A stretch of DNA of 64,000 nucleotides from an uncultured bacterium. GTDB taxonomy: Bacteria > Bacillota_I > Bacilli_A > RFN20 > CAG-826. Of the stretch, positions 60,033 to 64,000 are shown piece by piece (positions within the stretch are counted from its first letter, which is position 1; every line of letters starts with the position of its first letter). The notes under the pieces are model-generated. The model did no database searches, had not been told where the DNA came from, and worked only from the letters and a program-made list of their open reading frames with translations. The DNA lies in NCBI GenBank assembly GCA_949285325.1, contig CASDYZ010000007.1, positions 17,215-81,214 on the forward strand, read 5' to 3'. Position numbers and translations under genes: made by a program.

Positions 60033-60064
60033 TATTTGTTGAGATAACTATTTGTTGAGATAAC
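60033..60064. repeat. exact 16-bp tandem duplication (TATTTGTTGAGATAAC x2) abutting the ppdK promoter
   Basis: Units at 60033-60048 and 60049-60064, immediately upstream of the -35 element. Confidence 0.6.
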
Positions 60065-60067
60065 TCT

Positions 60068-60096
60068 TTTACATGGGTGTGCGTGTGTGGTAATAT
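60068..60096 (+). promoter_or_regulatory. sigma-70-type promoter of ppdK
   Basis: TTTACA (60068-60073), 17-nt spacer ending TGG, TAATAT (60091-60096); SD aggagg 7 nt before ATG 60143. Confidence 0.45.
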
Positions 60097-60142
60097 ATTA
60101 TGCGGAAATGCAATTATGCATATAGCCACAGGAGGAAAAGTA

Positions 60143-62779
60143 ATGGCTGATAAAAGATACGTTTATGCCTTCAAAGATGCCTATGGATTAGGCAAAGAAC
60201 TTCTCGGAGGCAAAGGTGCAGGTTTAGCGGAAATGACCCACATCAATATTCCGATTCCACAAGGTTTTACAATCACCACAGAAGCTTGCACACTTTACTA
60301 TCAAAATAGTAAAAAATTGCCAGACTATCTAGTGAAAGAAATTTTCGAAAATGTTCACAAAATCGAAAAAGATTCTGGCAAAACATTCGGTGGAGATACC
60401 GATCCACTTCTCGTCTCAGTCCGTTCTGGCGCGCGTGTTAGTATGCCAGGTATGATGGACACAATTTTAAACTTAGGTTTAAACGATAAAACAGTCGCTG
60501 CCTTAGTTAAAAAGACAGGCAATGAAAGATTTGCGTATGACTGCTACAGACGTTTCATCTTAATGTTCACTAACATCGCAAAAGGTCATCCACGTGATGA
60601 TATGGACAAAATGTTAGACGAATTAAAAGAAAAGAATGGTTACAAATTAGATACTGAAGTAACCGCAGAACAATTAAAAGATTTAGTTAAAGAATACAAA
60701 GCTTACTACAAGAAAACTTTTGGTGAAGAATTCCCAACTGATCCATACGATCAATTAATTGAAGCAGTAACCGCTGTCTTCCGTTCATGGGACAACCCAA
60801 GAGCAAATGTTTATCGTAAGATGAACAACATCCCATATGAATGGGGCACCGCCGTTAACGTCCAATCAATGGTCTTTGGTAACATGGGTGAATCAAGTGG
60901 TACAGGCGTCGCCTTCTCACGTTCTCCTTCAACCGGTGAAGCAAAAGTCTTTGCAGAATATTTACCAAATGCTCAAGGCGAAGACGTCGTCGCTGGTATT
61001 CGTACTCCATTACACATCGAAGAACTCGAAAAGAGAATGCCAGATGTCTATAAACAATTCATCGAAACTATCAAAGGTATGGAACACCATTACCGCGATA
61101 TGCAAGATATGGAATTCACTGTCGAAGAAGGTAAATTATATTTCTTACAAACAAGAAATGGTAAGAGAACTGCCGCGGCAGCGTTAAAGATTGCTTGCGA
61201 TTTAGTAGATGAAGGTTTAATCACTCCAGAAGAAGCTGTCTGTAGAGTTGAACCAAACGCATTAGATAGTTTATTACACCCAAGCTTTGACCCAGCAGAA
61301 TTAAAACAATTAAAACCAATTGGTGTTGGTCTTCCTGCTTCACCAGGTGCTGGTACAGGACACCTCTCATTCGATGCGGCTGATGCGAAAGCAAGACACG
61401 CTAATGGGGAAAAGGTTGTATTAGTTCGTGCTGAAACCTCACCAGAAGATATTGAAGGTATGGTGTCAAGTGAAGGTATTCTCACCAAACGTGGTGGTAT
61501 GACTTCTCACGCTGCTGTCGTTGCCCGTGGTATGGGTAAATGCTGTGTCGCTGGTTGTTCAGACGCGATTATCGATGAAGAAAACAAAACTCTTGAACTC
61601 AATGGTGTTATATATCATGAAAATGATACTATCTCACTCGATGGTTCAACAGGTTATGTATACGCTGGCTCAGTCAAAACTGTCGACCCAGAATTAACTG
61701 GTTACTTCGGCCGTATTATGAAATGGGCTGATGAATTCCGTGATTTAAAAGTTCGCGCGAATGCTGATACTCCAAAAGACGCTATTCAAGCAGCTAAATT
61801 TGGTGCTCAAGGCATCGGGCTTTGCCGTACAGAACATATGTTCTTTGAAAAAGATCGTATCTTCCACATGAGAAAGATGATTCTTTCTGACAATGTCGAA
61901 TATCGTGAAGCAGCACTTAACGAACTTCTTCCTTATCAAAGAGATGACTTCTATAAATTATATATGGCGATGGATGGTAAAAACGTCAATGTTCGTTTAT
62001 TAGATCCACCTCTCCACGAATTCCTTCCACAAGAAGAAGACAAGATTGAAGAACTTGCAAATGCATTACATATGAGTGCTCAACAAGTTAAAGACCGTAT
62101 CTCATATTTACACGAATTTAACCCAATGATGGGTCACCGTGGTTGCCGTCTTGATGTCTCTTACCCAGAAATTGGTAGAATGCAAGCACGTGCAATTATT
62201 GAAGCAGCTTTAAAAGCACAAAAAGATATGGGTAAACCTGTTACTCCTGAAATTATGATTCCATTAACATTAGATGTTAAAGAATTTAGATTTGTCAAGA
62301 GTATCATCACCGAAGAAGCAGATAAAGTTATCAAAGAATCTGGTGAAAAAATGACATATAAAGTTGGCACGATGATTGAAATCCCACGTGCTGCGTTATT
62401 GTCTGGTGAAATTGGTAAAGAAGCTGCCTTCTATTCATTTGGCACTAACGACTTAACACAAATGACGTTCGGTTTCTCTCGTGATGACGCTGGTAAATTC
62501 TTACCTGATTATTACAAGAACAAAATCCTCGAACAAGATCCATTTGCTACAGTCGACCAAAAAGGTGTTGGTAAACTCATCAAAATGGCGGTCGCTGATG
62601 GTAGAGAAGTCAATCCTGACTTACACATCGGTGTCTGTGGTGAACATGGTGGTGAACCAGTCTCAGTCGAATTCTTCCACCGCGCTGGATTAGATTATGT
62701 TTCTTGCTCACCATTTAGAGTGCCTGTAGCACGTTTAGCCGCCGCGCAAGCTGCGATTAAATATCCAAGAAAAAAATAA
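60143..62779 (+). CDS. ppdK: pyruvate, phosphate dikinase
   Basis: About 878 aa; PEP-utilising enzyme motifs, catalytic His region (GGMTSHAAVVARGMGKCCVAG), C-terminal TIM barrel (GLCRTEHMFF); ATG 60143 chosen over the upstream track start because of AGGAGG SD. Confidence 0.9.
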   Translation: MADKRYVYAFKDAYGLGKELLGGKGAGLAEMTHINIPIPQGFTITTEACTLYYQNSKKLPDYLVKEIFENVHKIEKDSGKTFGGDTDPLLVSVRSGARVSMPGMMDTILNLGLNDKTVAALVKKTGNERFAYDCYRRFILMFTNIAKGHPRDDMDKMLDELKEKNGYKLDTEVTAEQLKDLVKEYKAYYKKTFGEEFPTDPYDQLIEAVTAVFRSWDNPRANVYRKMNNIPYEWGTAVNVQSMVFGNMGESSGTGVAFSRSPSTGEAKVFAEYLPNAQGEDVVAGIRTPLHIEELEKRMPDVYKQFIETIKGMEHHYRDMQDMEFTVEEGKLYFLQTRNGKRTAAAALKIACDLVDEGLITPEEAVCRVEPNALDSLLHPSFDPAELKQLKPIGVGLPASPGAGTGHLSFDAADAKARHANGEKVVLVRAETSPEDIEGMVSSEGILTKRGGMTSHAAVVARGMGKCCVAGCSDAIIDEENKTLELNGVIYHENDTISLDGSTGYVYAGSVKTVDPELTGYFGRIMKWADEFRDLKVRANADTPKDAIQAAKFGAQGIGLCRTEHMFFEKDRIFHMRKMILSDNVEYREAALNELLPYQRDDFYKLYMAMDGKNVNVRLLDPPLHEFLPQEEDKIEELANALHMSAQQVKDRISYLHEFNPMMGHRGCRLDVSYPEIGRMQARAIIEAALKAQKDMGKPVTPEIMIPLTLDVKEFRFVKSIITEEADKVIKESGEKMTYKVGTMIEIPRAALLSGEIGKEAAFYSFGTNDLTQMTFGFSRDDAGKFLPDYYKNKILEQDPFATVDQKGVGKLIKMAVADGREVNPDLHIGVCGEHGGEPVSVEFFHRAGLDYVSCSPFRVPVARLAAAQAAIKYPRKK

Positions 62780-62801
62780 TTTAATTTAAATAAATGTTTT
62801 T

Positions 62802-62837
62802 ACTCCCTTAGTTCAATCAACTTTGGGAGTTTTTTTA
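62802..62837 (+). terminator. rho-independent terminator after ppdK
   Basis: actccc...gggagt stem followed by ttttttt. Confidence 0.55.
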
Positions 62838-63026
62838 TTGCATAAGAAAACCTCTCTAGAGAGAATAGAGAGGCCTTCTTTTTGTAATTTCTAAGAAAGG
62901 AGGGTAGAAAATTACAAAGATTAAAGGAAAAGAAACATGTCACAACAGAAAGTTTATTTACACATAATATAAAATATTTGTATTTCTTTTTCAATAAATA
63001 TAAAAATCATATATTAATATATGAAA

Positions 63027-63284
63027 TTAAAAGTTTTTTGATAAAAATGACGAATAAAAGACCATATTAAAATCAGGGTCTAAATATCCGACTTCTTTCT
63101 TGTTGATAATGATTGAACCATCATCATCAATATATCCAACTTCGATATCTTTTATGCTTAAAATACCTTCATCGTTCATATCCATGACTTTTTTACCACG
63201 AATATATATGACATTATCATCGATATATCCGATAGTTTCATCATCGACGATGACACTTTTACCAAAACATTGAATAAATAACAT
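63027..63284 (-). CDS. small protein with internal (I/V)GY(I/L)DD repeats, function unknown
   Basis: 85 aa; three copies of a roughly 20-aa unit (ETIGYIDDNVIYIRGKKV / IEVGYIDDDGSIIINKKEV / GYLDPDFNMVF); ATG 63284 only 3 nt after glmU stop. Confidence 0.4.
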   Translation of the reverse strand: MLFIQCFGKSVIVDDETIGYIDDNVIYIRGKKVMDMNDEGILSIKDIEVGYIDDDGSIIINKKEVGYLDPDFNMVFYSSFLSKNF

Positions 63285-63286
63285 AA

Positions 63287-64000
63287 TTATTTCTTCTCTT
63301 TTTTTGAAAGGGCTTTATTTCTAATTTTTGTATAACCGCCAGCAATATTTTTTTGTTCAGGTCTAGTTATAGCTAATTCATCATAACAAATATCTTTTGT
63401 AATGACACTTCCCGCCGCGCTGAAAGATTGATCATCCATTTTAATAGGTGAGACAAGTATTGTTCCAGAACCGACAAAGCAGTGCTTACCAATATCAGTA
63501 TGGCTTTTATTCACCCCGTCGTAATTGGCGGTGACACTCATACAGCCGATATTAGTTGCTTCACCGACATTAGAGTCACCGATATATGATAAGTGAGCAC
63601 ATTTAACACCATTGTCAAATATAGCGTTTTTAAGTTCGACAAAATTACCAACTCGACAGTTGTTACCAATGATGGTATTAGCTCTAGTTTTAGTAAATGG
63701 ACCAACTTCATTATTGTCACCTATCGTCGTATCAAATAAATAAGATGCTATAACGTGATTGTTGTTGCCAATAATTGAATTTTGAATATAACAATTTGGG
63801 CCAATTAAATTTGAATGCCCAATTTTACTTTTCCCCGTAATAGTGGTGAAAGGTAAAATGACGGTGTCTTGTCCAATTTCTACATCTGGAGATATGTAGG
63901 TGGTATCAGGATCTTCCATCGATACACCAGAAAGCATTAATTTTTTATTTACTCTTTTTCTTATTACCTTCGCCGCATAGCTTAACTGCACTCTATCATT
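63287..64000 (-). CDS. glmU: GlmU, C-terminal left-handed beta-helix acetyltransferase domain (partial, 5' end beyond window)
   Basis: Hexapeptide-repeat region and the conserved linker LMLSGVSMEDPDTTYISPDVEIGQDTVILP; the pyrophosphorylase domain must lie upstream beyond position 64000. Confidence 0.7.
   Translation of the reverse strand, partial: NDRVQLSYAAKVIRKRVNKKLMLSGVSMEDPDTTYISPDVEIGQDTVILPFTTITGKSKIGHSNLIGPNCYIQNSIIGNNNHVIASYLFDTTIGDNNEVGPFTKTRANTIIGNNCRVGNFVELKNAIFDNGVKCAHLSYIGDSNVGEATNIGCMSVTANYDGVNKSHTDIGKHCFVGSGTILVSPIKMDDQSFSAAGSVITKDICYDELAITRPEQKNIAGGYTKIRNKALSKKEKK

Noticed and set aside
44925-62994. Other short ORFs in the ORF track (44925-45371, 46260-46775, 46912-47142, 48983-49378, 50758-50958, 52066-52284, 53675-53902, 54389-54589, 55468-56694, 59008-59819, 60837-61939, 62161-62693, 62800-62994).
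   Set aside because: Each lies antisense or out-of-frame inside dusB, ftsH, tilS, mfd, the ABC exporters, the FGGY kinase or ppdK. 62800-62994 spans two terminator hairpins. None has a translation signal.
1-64000. Possibility that this is a TGA=Trp (Mycoplasma/Spiroplasma code 4) genome.
   Set aside because: Trp is encoded by TGG in conserved positions, for example the antiporter and OppBC permeases. Long conserved ORFs such as mfd, ppdK and ftsH read through without in-frame TGA under the standard code, and one gene (the first GT) ends in TGA. The standard code was used.
1-64000. CRISPR arrays, tRNA/rRNA genes, IS elements and prophage.
   Set aside because: No regularly spaced direct repeats, no cloverleaf-like tRNA candidates other than the tmRNA, and no transposase or integrase-like ORFs were seen. 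The only repeats found are the 16-bp tandem pair at 60033-60064 and the 14-bp direct pair at 12610-12654.

Overview
The window is about 64 kb of a low-GC (roughly 30% GC by eye) Bacillota/Mollicutes-like chromosome. TGA is not used as Trp: Trp is TGG throughout and long ORFs end at TAA, TAG or TGA. Lipoprotein lipoboxes, a very large OppA, many membrane proteins and strong GGAGG Shine-Dalgarno sites fit an Erysipelotrichia- or Acholeplasma-like Firmicute; I cannot be more specific without a search.

Most genes are on the minus strand. The second half (36-57 kb) is conserved housekeeping: rlmH, a YycJ-like MBL hydrolase, dnaB, rplI, gdpP, rpsR-ssb-rpsF, lysS, dusB, ftsH, tilS, mfd, pth, and a MarR plus two-ABC exporter unit. 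It ends with an FGGY kinase, ppdK and partial glmU. The first half includes asnS and the tsaE-tsaB-rimI-tsaD cluster.

The accessory-looking part is about 8.7-36 kb and contains:
- a TPP-riboswitch-controlled ECF S-component;
- ung;
- a two-gene AAA_21 ATPase + RloB-like TOPRIM module, the best candidate defence system in the window;
- a glycosyltransferase/Wzx cluster;
- a BspA-type LRR surface protein fused to the end of oppABCDF;
- a TupA-like ATP-grasp, lipoprotein and Wzy-like membrane protein group;
- a membrane-tethered XRE regulator, DegV, and tmRNA;
- a PII-like (DarA-like) gene in operon with a cation:proton antiporter.

No CRISPR array, tRNA, rRNA, transposase or integrase was seen. 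The supplied ORF track translates GTG/TTG starts as M, so several ORFs are over-extended; where an internal ATG with an SD was visible I give the corrected start. All calls rest on motif-level recognition by eye, not on searches.
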